Shown in pieces: positions 55,823 through 64,000 of a DNA stretch of 64,000 nt. This stretch comes from Candidatus Omnitrophota bacterium (GTDB lineage Bacteria > Omnitrophota > Gorgyraeia > Gygaellales > Profunditerraquicolaceae). The stretch lies in contig JAQUMX010000001.1 of NCBI GenBank assembly GCA_028717885.1, positions 42,409 through 106,408 on the forward strand, read 5' to 3'. Position 1 is the first letter of the stretch. Each line of letters begins with the position of its first letter. The translations under genes were made by a program, and so were the position numbers. The notes beneath the pieces are model-generated. The model saw nothing but the letters and a program-made list of their open reading frames with translations, did no database searches and had not been told where the DNA came from.

Positions 55823-56822
55823 AAAGCAATAAACGCAGTACCGCCCCTTTCCATCTTCTAAAAAAGAAAAAGTTCTGCCGGTTCAAGATTGCGCCTAATA
55901 AAAACTTCTTTACCGGGCAAACTTTAAATTTTGACGCGGTTAAATCCGGGATTTTTACCCTGAGTAATTCCTGGCAAAGATAAAGCACAAAATACACAGA
56001 ATTAAAAAAGTGGTTTTTGCGCGCATTATCCCGGATATAATCCCAGTCCAATATTTGCCCATGTTTTTTCAATAATTCTGCGATATCTACCAACGAATTT
56101 AAAGTAATATCCCGGATATGCCTGCGCAGATGCAAGGTTAAGTAAAGAAAATTATCCTCTTTTGAAAGGCTATAAATTTCACGGCCTGCCGCAATAAGTG
56201 GCTCCGCCCTCTCCCAGGCCATAGGCAGCCTCAAAACATATGGCCTGCTAGGCAGGAGCTTCCAATGCACATCGATATAAATATACTGCTCCTTAAAAAC
56301 TTTTTTGGAAAACATCAATTCATATTCGCCTTCCTGCACGCAATGCTTTACTGTTTCCTCGTTTGCTCGATATCCCGATTGAAGGAAAATTTCTTTTAAA
56401 GGCAAAAGCTCATGCCTGGCAATAAACAAGTCTACATCAACCATGATTCTTAAAGCATGGTCCTTGTATAAAGCATAGACCAGCGCCAAGCCTTTAAGCA
56501 GGATAATCTTAATTTTCTTATCCGATGCTAATTCCAGAATGCGAAAAATTTCTTTTTCCAGGACTAAATTTCGTTGCAGGTTTGCCAGGTAGATTTGCTT
56601 CAAAGAAACCATTGTCCCCGAGGGAATATGGTTTGACTGGCTAAATTTTTCGAGATTTACATACAATAAGGGGCTGAGTTTCTCTTTTTCGGCGATCTGT
56701 TTTATTTTTTCCCAGTCTAATGGCAGGGCTAATAAGGCGTTTAATTCTTTTTGCGCGGATTCTTCGAGGCTAAGCGAGGCACAGAGCAGGATTAATTTTT
56801 GTTCATCAGGAATTTTTGGCAT
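55734..56822 (-). CDS. Uncharacterised nucleotidyltransferase-family protein (NTP_transf_5-like)
   Basis: 362 aa; the family is frequently found beside PqqD/HprK-like genes. Central MVDVDLFIARHEL resembles the nucleotidyltransferase Asp pair region. Confidence 0.45.
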   Translation of the reverse strand: MPKIPDEQKLILLCASLSLEESAQKELNALLALPLDWEKIKQIAEKEKLSPLLYVNLEKFSQSNHIPSGTMVSLKQIYLANLQRNLVLEKEIFRILELASDKKIKIILLKGLALVYALYKDHALRIMVDVDLFIARHELLPLKEIFLQSGYRANEETVKHCVQEGEYELMFSKKVFKEQYIYIDVHWKLLPSRPYVLRLPMAWERAEPLIAAGREIYSLSKEDNFLYLTLHLRRHIRDITLNSLVDIAELLKKHGQILDWDYIRDNARKNHFFNSVYFVLYLCQELLRVKIPDLTASKFKVCPVKKFLLGAILNRQNFFFFRRWKGAVLRLLLFDNPLDFLLYLWRVSFYERHFSRFFVGKA

Positions 56823-56833
56823 AATTTGCGCGA

Positions 56834-57826
56834 TTATCTTACGACCATCCGTGCCAAATAATAAGCCAGGGCAGAAATCAATGCGGAACAGGGAATGGTC
56901 AAAATCCAGGCCCAGACAATCCGTCCGGCAACCCCCCAGCGCACAGCGCTTAAGCGCCGCAAAGAACCAATCCCCATAATCGAACCGGTAATAGTATGCG
57001 TGGTGCTTACCGGAATACCAAAAGCTGAAGAGATAAACAGTACAATGGCAGCTCCGGATTCAGCGCAAAAGCCATCTACGGGTTTTAATTTTGCAACTTT
57101 TTGCCCCATAGTTTTCACAATCCGCCAGCCGCCAAACATCGTCCCCAAAGCAATTGCCCCCTGGCAGGCGATGACCACCCAGAGAGGTATATAAAATTTC
57201 CCGCCTAAAATGCCTGCGCTAAAGAGCAGGCTGGCAATAATCCCCATAGTTTTCTGCGCATCATTGCCGCCGTGCCCCATACTGTAGAAAGCAGCTGATA
57301 TTAATTGCCCTTTCCTAAAAACGTGGTCTACTTTTAAAGGGGCGCTTTTACGAAAAAGGCGATAGACGATAATCCCTAGGCTTAAACCTAAAATCAAACC
57401 GGCTATCGGAGAGACAAAAATAAAAATTACGGTCTTAAGGATGCCGCTCCAAACTAAAGATCCCGGCCCGGCTTTAACCAATGCCGCGCCAATCATCCCG
57501 CCGATCAGCGCATGCGAGGAACTGGTAGGCAAGCCAAAGTACCAAGTGATAATATTCCACCCACAGGCACCGGCCAATGCCCCAAAAATTACCGACTGGT
57601 TTATGATATTGATATCGATGATCCCTTTACCGATGGTATTGGCAACGTGAAGGCCGAAGAAAAGGAAGGCGACAAAATTAAAAAATGCTGCCCAGATGAC
57701 AGCGTAGCGTGGGGAGAGGACGCGCGTAGAAACTACTGTGGCAATGGAATTTGCCGAATCGTGAAAACCGTTTAAAAAATCAAAAAGTAATGCCAGAACA
57801 ATCAAAAAAACTATTGCCAGTGTCAT
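56834..57826 (-). CDS. pitA: Inorganic phosphate transporter, PiT family
   Basis: 330 aa polytopic; GANDVANSIAT-like motif (GFHDSANSIATVV) repeated in the second half (GHGGNDAQKTMG). Confidence 0.85.
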   Translation of the reverse strand: MTLAIVFLIVLALLFDFLNGFHDSANSIATVVSTRVLSPRYAVIWAAFFNFVAFLFFGLHVANTIGKGIIDINIINQSVIFGALAGACGWNIITWYFGLPTSSSHALIGGMIGAALVKAGPGSLVWSGILKTVIFIFVSPIAGLILGLSLGIIVYRLFRKSAPLKVDHVFRKGQLISAAFYSMGHGGNDAQKTMGIIASLLFSAGILGGKFYIPLWVVIACQGAIALGTMFGGWRIVKTMGQKVAKLKPVDGFCAESGAAIVLFISSAFGIPVSTTHTITGSIMGIGSLRRLSAVRWGVAGRIVWAWILTIPCSALISALAYYLARMVVR

Positions 57827-57829
57827 ACA

Positions 57830-58456
57830 TTATGCCTGTTTTACCATGATCGAGCCAACTACATGCGCCACATCTTCGCAAATATCCAGCACGGTTTCCG
57901 CATCCTGATAAATTTCTTTCCATTTGATTACTGCAATCGGGTCTTTCTCTGATTCAAAAAGCTCGGCAAGTACCCGGTCCCTCTTACTGTCTCCGACATT
58001 CTCCAGGCGGTTGATTTCAACGCAGGCTTCCTTGATAATCTGAGAGTTCTTCATATTCCTTAAACCCTTCACTGCACAAGCTACTGATTTAGCCGACTCT
58101 TCGATCATCCCGGAAAAATCAACCAGGTTCTTATTCACTCCGGAGAGCTTATATACCACTAACCTGCTGGCAATGGTATTGATCATATCGATCACGTCAT
58201 CAAGCTCTTTTGCCAAAGCATGGATATCTTCCCGGTCAAATGGGGTAATAAAGGTCTTATTCAATTGTTCGATAATATCGTGCATTGCCTCATCACCCTG
58301 GTGTTCGATGGCCTGAATCTTCTCCAACGCGGCTTCATCCATCTTGCCTTTAGAAACGACCTCCTTAAAATAGCTGGCGGCGTTTACCGCGTAACCAACC
58401 TGTTTTTCGAAAAGGTCAAAAAAATTGAATTCTTTAGGTAAAAAATTCCCGAACAT
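57830..58456 (-). CDS. DUF47/PhoU-like phosphate transport regulator
   Basis: 208 aa, all-helical, TIGR00153-like. Conserved partner gene of PiT transporters. Confidence 0.75.
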   Translation of the reverse strand: MFGNFLPKEFNFFDLFEKQVGYAVNAASYFKEVVSKGKMDEAALEKIQAIEHQGDEAMHDIIEQLNKTFITPFDREDIHALAKELDDVIDMINTIASRLVVYKLSGVNKNLVDFSGMIEESAKSVACAVKGLRNMKNSQIIKEACVEINRLENVGDSKRDRVLAELFESEKDPIAVIKWKEIYQDAETVLDICEDVAHVVGSIMVKQA

Positions 58457-58509
58457 AAGCTTCCCTCCCTATTATTCGCTGCCTTAATTTTCTATTATAC
58501 CCCCCCTTT

Positions 58510-58556
58510 GAAAAATGTAAATAACTTTGCGCTTAAAAATGGTATAATACTTCAGG
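58510..58556 (+). promoter_or_regulatory. Putative promoter with extended -10 (TGGTATAAT) for the glutaminyl cyclase gene
   Basis: TGGTATAAT at 58540-58548, then RBS AAAGGGG before the ATG at 58573. Divergent from the PhoU-like gene. Confidence 0.35.
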
Positions 58557-58572
58557 AAAAAAAGGGGTAATA

Positions 58573-59337
58573 ATGAATTTCTCGCGGATATTTTTTGCTC
58601 TGGTGATTATTTTTTTTCTTGCCGGAAGGGCTCCGGCAGAAACACCTGTATACAGCTATAAAATCGTTAATGCCTACCCGCATGATCAGGAGGCGTTTAC
58701 TGAAGGGCTCGTATTTGAAAACGGCACGCTTTATGAAAGCACCGGCATTAAAGGGCATTCTACCTTACGCCAAGTTAACTTAGAAAGCGGCAAAGTACTT
58801 TCTTTATACAAACTGCCGGATGCCTATTTTGCCGAGGGCATTGCCATTAATGCCGGAAAAATCATACAACTAACCTACCAGTCGCACCTGGGTTTTGTCT
58901 ACGATAAGAAAACTTTTCGCTTATTGGGGAAATTTAGCTATCCCACTCAAGGGTGGGGGCTTACCTTTGACGGTAAAAATCTGATTATGAGCGACGGAAG
59001 CGCTAAGTTATATTTCTTGGACCCGAAAAATTATAAACTTTTGCGCACAATCGAAGTATACGACGAAAATGGGCCGGTGCGGGGCTTAAATGAATTGGAA
59101 TACATTAAAGGGGAGATCTTCGCCAATATTTATCCTACGCAGCGCATCGTAAAAATTAATCCGCAAAACGCGCAGGTCAGCGCATGGATCAATCTGGAGG
59201 GAATCTTAAAAGACGAGCCCGCGGCTGTTGCAGGATGTTCTTTAAACGGCATTGCTTATGACGCTTTAAAAAACCGGATTTTTGTCACAGGAAAATACTT
59301 TCCGAGGGTTTTTGAGATTGAGGTAGTAGAGGAATGA
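58573..59337 (+). CDS. Glutaminyl-peptide cyclotransferase (plant/bacterial beta-propeller type)
   Basis: Signal peptide, then YSYKIVNAYPHDQEAFTEGL...LYESTG...LRQV, characteristic of the bacterial glutamine cyclotransferase family. Confidence 0.75.
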   Translation: MNFSRIFFALVIIFFLAGRAPAETPVYSYKIVNAYPHDQEAFTEGLVFENGTLYESTGIKGHSTLRQVNLESGKVLSLYKLPDAYFAEGIAINAGKIIQLTYQSHLGFVYDKKTFRLLGKFSYPTQGWGLTFDGKNLIMSDGSAKLYFLDPKNYKLLRTIEVYDENGPVRGLNELEYIKGEIFANIYPTQRIVKINPQNAQVSAWINLEGILKDEPAAVAGCSLNGIAYDALKNRIFVTGKYFPRVFEIEVVEE

Positions 59338-59395
59338 TGAGTGGGCACTTCGCTCGCTACGGCCCTAATCGGGCCGTTTAACGCTCGCTCTAGTG

Positions 59396-59430
59396 CCGCT
59401 TAAATTTTCCTTGTCGGAAAATTTAAGCGG
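59396..59430. terminator. Perfect 15-bp stem hairpin (ccgcttaaattttcc-ttgtc-ggaaaatttaagcgg) between the cyclase gene and tRNA-Asp
   Basis: Seen directly. No clear U-run on either side, so terminator function is uncertain. Confidence 0.3.
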
Positions 59431-59503
59431 GGCTGACGGGATTCGGACCCGCGACCTTCTCCGTGACAGGGAGACGCCCTAAACCAGACTAGGCCACAGC
59501 CCC
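59428..59503 (-). tRNA. tRNA-Asp (anticodon GTC)
   Basis: Minus-strand cloverleaf: acceptor GGGGCTG/CAGCCCC; anticodon stem TCTCC/GGAGA with loop CTGTCAC; T-arm GCGGG-TCCGAAT-CCCGT. Confidence 0.75.
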
Positions 59504-59561
59504 ACAAATAAGGAAACTAATTATACCCGAAACTCTTCCTTTTGCAACTCAATTTTCTAAG

Positions 59562-59635
59562 TGGGCGATAGAGGACTTGAACCCCTGACCTTCTGAATGT
59601 AAGTCAGACGCTCTAACCAGCTGAGCTAATCGCCC
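59562..59635 (-). tRNA. tRNA-Val (anticodon TAC)
   Basis: Minus strand: GGGCGAT-TAGCTCAGCTGGTTAGAGC-...TCTGA-CTTACAT-TCAGA...AGGGG-TTCAAGT-CCTCT-ATCGCCC-A. Confidence 0.75.
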
Positions 59636-59684
59636 GAAATATCCCATATTATAAAACAGGAACGAATGGACGGCAATACCTATT

Positions 59685-60050
59685 CTATTGATTCGGAAGA
59701 GTGGTTGTCTCGTTCTTTTTGCGTGTTACTTTGAATTTTGCCTGCTGCTCGGCAGTCAGCACAGCCATGATTTCATCGTGGGCTTTTATCCGCAGTTCTT
59801 TTGCCTTATTCCTGGCATTTTGCATCAGAACCCTTAAATCTTGCGAGCCCTTACCGAGAATTTGCTTAACTTTTGCCTGCTGCTCGGCAGTCAAGTTTAA
59901 TTCTTTGGTTAATTCGTCTACCCGGGATTGAATTTTGCCGACTTTCTCATTTGCTTGTGCCGGTACCGATCCGGTTTGGGAAAACAAATAGTTCGCGCCA
60001 AACACCAGAGAGAACATTAAGAACAAAAACCAGGTGCGCATAGAAAACAT
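59685..60050 (-). CDS. Spy/CpxP-family periplasmic protein (LTxxQ repeats)
   Basis: Signal peptide; two LTAEQQAK motifs. Confidence 0.6.
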   Translation of the reverse strand: MFSMRTWFLFLMFSLVFGANYLFSQTGSVPAQANEKVGKIQSRVDELTKELNLTAEQQAKVKQILGKGSQDLRVLMQNARNKAKELRIKAHDEIMAVLTAEQQAKFKVTRKKNETTTLPNQ

Positions 60051-60065
60051 CCTCTCTCTCCCTCT

Positions 60066-60731
60066 TTAAAATAATTCTTTAACCGCTTGTAGCGGGTCTT
60101 TAGCTGCTAAAATCGGCCGGCCAATCACTAAAAAATCGCTTCCTGCCGCAATTGCCTCTTTGGCCGTAGCTGTCCTTTTCTGGTCATTACTCACAGCTTC
60201 TTTGGGCCTAATTCCCGGGGTCACTGCTAAAAATTGCTGCTTAATTTCTTTTTTTAAAAATTCTACTTCCCGGGCAGAACACACTACACCGTCGAGCCCG
60301 CTCTCCACTCCTAACCTGGCAAGAGTTAAAACATCGCTGGAAGTAGTTTCCTTGCTGGTTAATACCGTAACCCCCACCAACAGCGGGCGCTTTATTTTTA
60401 AAAGTGAAGCTTCTTCTTCAGCAGCAGTAATTGCTGCTTTAATCATTTCTTCATCTCCCAGGATATGCATGGTGAGCATTTTGACTTTCAGCCGCACTGC
60501 CTGGCGCACTGCCTGGGCAACGGTATTGGGGATATCGAAAAATTTCAGGTCCAGAAAAACTTCCCCGCCTTTTTTCTCAATATATTCAAGTACCTGCGGG
60601 CCGCAGCCCGTAAAAAGGTGGATCCCTACTTTAAAAATCTTGATTTGCGGATAAAGCAAATCCACAAAATATTTTGCCCGTTCGAAATTATCCACATCCA
60701 ATGCTAAAATTACCTTTTCGGAACTTTTCAT
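60066..60731 (-). CDS. pyrF: Orotidine-5'-phosphate decarboxylase
   Basis: VILALDVDN...KIFKVG...DLKFFDIPNTV motifs. Confidence 0.8.
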   Translation of the reverse strand: MKSSEKVILALDVDNFERAKYFVDLLYPQIKIFKVGIHLFTGCGPQVLEYIEKKGGEVFLDLKFFDIPNTVAQAVRQAVRLKVKMLTMHILGDEEMIKAAITAAEEEASLLKIKRPLLVGVTVLTSKETTSSDVLTLARLGVESGLDGVVCSAREVEFLKKEIKQQFLAVTPGIRPKEAVSNDQKRTATAKEAIAAGSDFLVIGRPILAAKDPLQAVKELF

Positions 60732-61648
60732 GCCTTTAGCGCCCCCACGATATCTTCAAGATGAGAAACACGGTTCTCTTTTAGGTATGAACGGATGCCT
60801 TCGATAATTGTATTACTTATTTTTGGATCGATAAAATTTGCCGTTCCCACTGCCACCGCGCTTGCTCCAGCAAGGAAAAATTCTAAAGCGCTGGAAGCAT
60901 CAATTATACCACCCATTCCGATAATCGGAATCTTTATTTTTTGAAAGGCCTCCCAGACCATCCTAACTGCTATTGGCCGGATTGCCGGCCCGCTTAAACC
61001 GGCAGTTATACTCGCAATCTTTGGCTTCCTGGCCTTAACATCGATGCTCATACCCAAAAGGGTATTGATCAAACTTACTGCATCGCTTCCTGCGTTTTGC
61101 GCTGCCAAGGCAATCTGCGTAATATCGGTAACATTGGGGGAAAGTTTAGTAATCAGCGTTTTAGTGCTCACCTTACGCACTGCCTTAACCACCTGAAAAG
61201 TTGCTTCGGGGTCCTGAGAAATTAATGACTTCTGCGTTTTAACATTCGGGCAGGAAATATTCAATTCGATTGCCGCCACATCGCGGATTTTTTCCAACTC
61301 ATTAGCCAAAACGACAAATTCTTGCGGGTCATTTTCCGAAGCTATGCTTACAATAATAGGGGCTTTTGCCCGGCGCAAAACCGGCAATTTTTCTTTGATA
61401 AATTTATTTATCCCAGGATTTTCCAGGCCGATAGAGTTCAACATCCCGGCAGGGGTTTCACAGGTGCGCGGCAGCGTATTTCCCGGCCGCCCCTTTAAAG
61501 TAATTGTCTTAGAAACTACCGCCCCCAGCTTATGCAGGCCTACCAGGCCGCTAAATTCTTCCGCATAGCCGAATGTCCCGGAAGCTACCATCACCGGATT
61601 TTTCAATTTCAACTTTCCGATTTTCACGCTAAGATCAGGATTTTTCAT
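60728..61648 (-). CDS. pyrD: Dihydroorotate dehydrogenase catalytic subunit (class 1B)
   Basis: NPVMVASGTFG...; FMN-binding GGI...GASAVAVGTA C-terminus. Confidence 0.8.
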   Translation of the reverse strand: MKNPDLSVKIGKLKLKNPVMVASGTFGYAEEFSGLVGLHKLGAVVSKTITLKGRPGNTLPRTCETPAGMLNSIGLENPGINKFIKEKLPVLRRAKAPIIVSIASENDPQEFVVLANELEKIRDVAAIELNISCPNVKTQKSLISQDPEATFQVVKAVRKVSTKTLITKLSPNVTDITQIALAAQNAGSDAVSLINTLLGMSIDVKARKPKIASITAGLSGPAIRPIAVRMVWEAFQKIKIPIIGMGGIIDASSALEFFLAGASAVAVGTANFIDPKISNTIIEGIRSYLKENRVSHLEDIVGALKA

Positions 61649-61653
61649 CGCTT

Positions 61654-62799
61654 TTAAAAACTCGGCTCTATGCAGAGTACTTTATATTTCTTAAAATCCT
61701 TTAAGCCCCCTTGAATAAAACTAAGGTTAGTCAGGTATTTCATTTTGCACCAGCTCAAGAATTTAGAACGCGGCTCCATAGTAATGTTCCATTTGATATA
61801 TTGATAAGAAAAATAAACCAGCAGGAGAAATGCGGCGGCGCTAAAAATTTTTAGCCAAAGCGCCGGAAAAAATAAGCTTAAGCCCAGCCCGGCAAGAAAA
61901 AGTAAAAGAAAAAAATGCAGCAGATGAAAGTTGCCGATATAAACAAACCCCCGCACCGGTAACTTAAGCGTAAAAGAAGGGCTCCCTTTTAAAAATTGCA
62001 GGATGATTTCCAGGCCGCTTTTCTGCACATATTTATCGATCAAAGGCAAGTGGGCTTGCCCGTAAGTAACCCAGACTTTACGTAAAGCCTTTAAATCCGC
62101 ACGGTGCATATGGTCAACCTTGGCTTTAGGCGCAAAATAAAATTTCCACCCCTTGGAGCGGTGCTGATAACTTAAATCCATATCTTCGCCTGTGGGCCGT
62201 TCCCAGAATTTCGCTCCAACCCCTTTCATCGCGCTTCTGCGGTAAGCAACATTACAAGTGCCAAAAAAGAAGGCGCGGTGGCCTCCGATATCCGTTGGCT
62301 TTGGCTGTTGGGGAAAAGCCGGATAATAACCTTCGGGGATAAAGCCATAGCGCGGAGCCACCATATTAAAACGAAAATGCTGGCACCAGGCTTCGACCTC
62401 ATTGTCCGGATCAACCTTCAAAGTATAAACCTCGCCGCCGACTGCCGCGATTTTTTCATCCCTTTGAAAATGCTTGAGCATTTCGCTGATCCAGTTTTTT
62501 GCCGGTGCACAATCCGCGTCGGTAAAAAAGAGAAAATCGCCTTTTACTACTTCCAACGCCTTATTCCGGGCATAGCCAGGAGAAGGGCAATTGGGAATTT
62601 CCACTAATTTAATAAAGGGGTATTTCTTTTGCCAGTCCTTAATGATAGCGACAGTCTTATCCGTAGACCCTCCGTCGGCGATTACCCATTCCCAGGAATC
62701 ATGCGGGCAGTCTACATCCAGCAGGTATTCAAAAGTTTTAACAATAGTGCGCTCGAAGTTTTTCACCGGGATGATAATGGAAACAAAACTATTTACCAT
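61654..62799 (-). CDS. Family 2 glycosyltransferase with C-terminal TM segments, inserted between pyrD and pyrK
   Basis: VSIIIPVKNFERTIVKT...; DxD (FTDADCAP); C-terminal hydrophobic helices. Confidence 0.65.
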   Translation of the reverse strand: MVNSFVSIIIPVKNFERTIVKTFEYLLDVDCPHDSWEWVIADGGSTDKTVAIIKDWQKKYPFIKLVEIPNCPSPGYARNKALEVVKGDFLFFTDADCAPAKNWISEMLKHFQRDEKIAAVGGEVYTLKVDPDNEVEAWCQHFRFNMVAPRYGFIPEGYYPAFPQQPKPTDIGGHRAFFFGTCNVAYRRSAMKGVGAKFWERPTGEDMDLSYQHRSKGWKFYFAPKAKVDHMHRADLKALRKVWVTYGQAHLPLIDKYVQKSGLEIILQFLKGSPSFTLKLPVRGFVYIGNFHLLHFFLLLFLAGLGLSLFFPALWLKIFSAAAFLLLVYFSYQYIKWNITMEPRSKFLSWCKMKYLTNLSFIQGGLKDFKKYKVLCIEPSF

Positions 62800-63590
62800 A
62801 TTACCTCCTCCGCTTGAAAAACCGGTCCGTCCTTACAAACCCGTTTAAAACCTTTGCTTGTTTCTACTGCGCAGCCTAAACATGCCCCAATGCCACAAGC
62901 CATGTGCTCTTCCAAAGAAACTTGCGCGGGAATACCGAACTCCTTTGATAATTTGGCGATTTCCTTAAGCATTGGGCGCGGGCCGCAGGCAAAAATATTC
63001 GGGCGTAATGCGAAATGAGTTGTGCGTAAAACCTGCTTCAACAAATCAGAAACATAACCTTTTGCACCTTTACTCCCGTCGTCAGTAGATACCCGCACTT
63101 CAAAGCCGGATTTTTTGAACTCCGTTTCGCAAAGTATCTGAGTTTTTGTTTTTGCTCCGATTAAAGCGATTTTTTGAATTTTGGATTTAGGATCTACGCT
63201 TTTCTTTAGTTTTTCGGCAAGAAAAACCAGGGGCGCTACACCCATACCCCCTGCCACTAAAATTATTTCCCCTCTTTTCTGGAGATTAAAACCGTTTCCC
63301 AAAGGCCCGATAACATCTAAATAATCTCCGGAATTTTTTTGCGCCAGCATTTCCGTGGCCTTGCCTACTACCTGAAAAAGCACCTCAAAATTATTCTTCT
63401 CTATCCTGTGGACCCCCAGGGGCCGGCGCAATAACGGCACAACCGAATCCTGGACCCTTATTTGCACAAATTGACCCGGAGCGCTATTGGCGGCAATCTT
63501 TTTCGAAGCAATTTTCAGAAGAAAAAAATTGCTGGCTAATTTCTGCTTGCTTAAAATGCGCGTTTTCTCCTGGTAAATAGTTTTTCCCAT
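62793..63590 (-). CDS. pyrK: Dihydroorotate dehydrogenase electron-transfer subunit
   Basis: FAD/NAD-binding ferredoxin-reductase-like fold; C-terminal Cys cluster (CGIGACLGCAV...C) for [2Fe-2S]. Confidence 0.75.
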   Translation of the reverse strand: MGKTIYQEKTRILSKQKLASNFFLLKIASKKIAANSAPGQFVQIRVQDSVVPLLRRPLGVHRIEKNNFEVLFQVVGKATEMLAQKNSGDYLDVIGPLGNGFNLQKRGEIILVAGGMGVAPLVFLAEKLKKSVDPKSKIQKIALIGAKTKTQILCETEFKKSGFEVRVSTDDGSKGAKGYVSDLLKQVLRTTHFALRPNIFACGPRPMLKEIAKLSKEFGIPAQVSLEEHMACGIGACLGCAVETSKGFKRVCKDGPVFQAEEVIW

Positions 63591-63593
63591 TTT

Positions 63594-63962
63594 TTACTTA
63601 AGATAAAACCAGACCTTTAAAGCTATTATAAATATAGAGGTATAAAGAAAAGAAGACAACTCTTTTTTTATCCATCCGGATTTAATCATGCAATATTGTT
63701 CCGGTGAAGTAGATAATAGCGTGCCCAGAGCGGGGAAGAATTTCGGTACCTTCCGGCAATACCAATCGAAGCGCTCCGAAAACCTTTCTGCGAGAACTTT
63801 TTCTTCTCGGTTGATTTGCGGGATATAAATCGCCAGATATACGGCAAGAAATACTGGAATCACCCACCAGCGAAAAAGGGCGGTAATTACGCCCAGGCCA
63901 ATACATAACGTTCCTAAGTACATGGGGTTTCGCGTCAGCAAATATGGGCCGGTAGTCACCAA
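63594..63962 (-). CDS. Isoprenylcysteine carboxyl methyltransferase-like / phospholipid methyltransferase-family membrane protein
   Basis: LTRNPMYLG motif typical of the ICMT/PEMT family; hydrophobic. Confidence 0.55.
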   Translation of the reverse strand: MVTTGPYLLTRNPMYLGTLCIGLGVITALFRWWVIPVFLAVYLAIYIPQINREEKVLAERFSERFDWYCRKVPKFFPALGTLLSTSPEQYCMIKSGWIKKELSSFLYTSIFIIALKVWFYLK

Positions 63963-64000
63963 GGTATTTCCATCCGGATTTTCCTGAGCCTTAAAACCGC

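Noticed and set aside
58552-58758. 68-aa minus-strand ORF
   Set aside because: Overlaps the start and promoter of the well-supported plus-strand glutaminyl cyclase gene; spurious.
1-64000. Mobile elements, CRISPR arrays, defence systems
   Set aside because: No transposase, integrase, recombinase or Cas-like ORFs and no interspaced short repeats were found.

Overview
This 64 kb window comes from a moderately AT-rich, uncultivated-type bacterial genome. About 60 of roughly 62 genes run on the minus strand, and many overlap at their start/stop codons. The gene content is accessory-like and heterogeneous.

- **Left end (1-13 kb):** the folC N-terminus and purH with a structured leader; a coupled pair of degenerate translation-GTPase paralogs (an EF-G-like protein and a YchF-like protein lacking its P-loop); a giant subtilisin-like protease with tandem cadherin-like repeats; and an operon of lysine 2,3-aminomutase, two tandem Ddl-like ATP-grasp ligases and an outer-membrane beta-barrel.
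- **13.3-28.5 kb:** a large glycan-biosynthesis locus with many GT2 and GT4 transferases, a Wzm/Wzt ABC exporter, a WecA/MraY-like initiating transferase, Wzy_C-type membrane proteins, a B12-binding radical SAM enzyme and a 996-aa GT / coiled-coil / radical-SAM-SPASM fusion.
- **28.5-40.4 kb:** hydrogenase-maturation homologues with no hydrogenase structural genes in the window. hypE lies at 28.6 kb; hypD, hypC and a HypF that consists only of the Kae1-like domain lie at 38-40.4 kb. Mixed among them are a PilZ-glycosidase fusion, a transglutaminase-like protein and the folate genes pabB/pabC.
- **44-52 kb:** the most notable region. It looks like an undescribed RiPP-type peptide-maturation cluster: three radical SAM/SPASM enzymes (one fused to an HPr-kinase-like domain), a PqqD-like recognition protein, an S24/S26-type peptidase, a YkgJ Cys-cluster protein, a tRNA-binding-domain protein, a DUF2156-like putative aa-tRNA-dependent transferase and an ABC exporter. 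A 66-aa Cys-rich ORF with a strong RBS, ending in Ser, is the candidate precursor.
- **Right end:** further Wzy_C/GT genes, pitA with a PhoU-like partner, a glutaminyl cyclase, tRNA-Asp and tRNA-Val, Spy/CpxP, and pyrF/pyrD/pyrK with a GT2 gene inserted between pyrD and pyrK.

No CRISPR array, transposase or integrase was seen.
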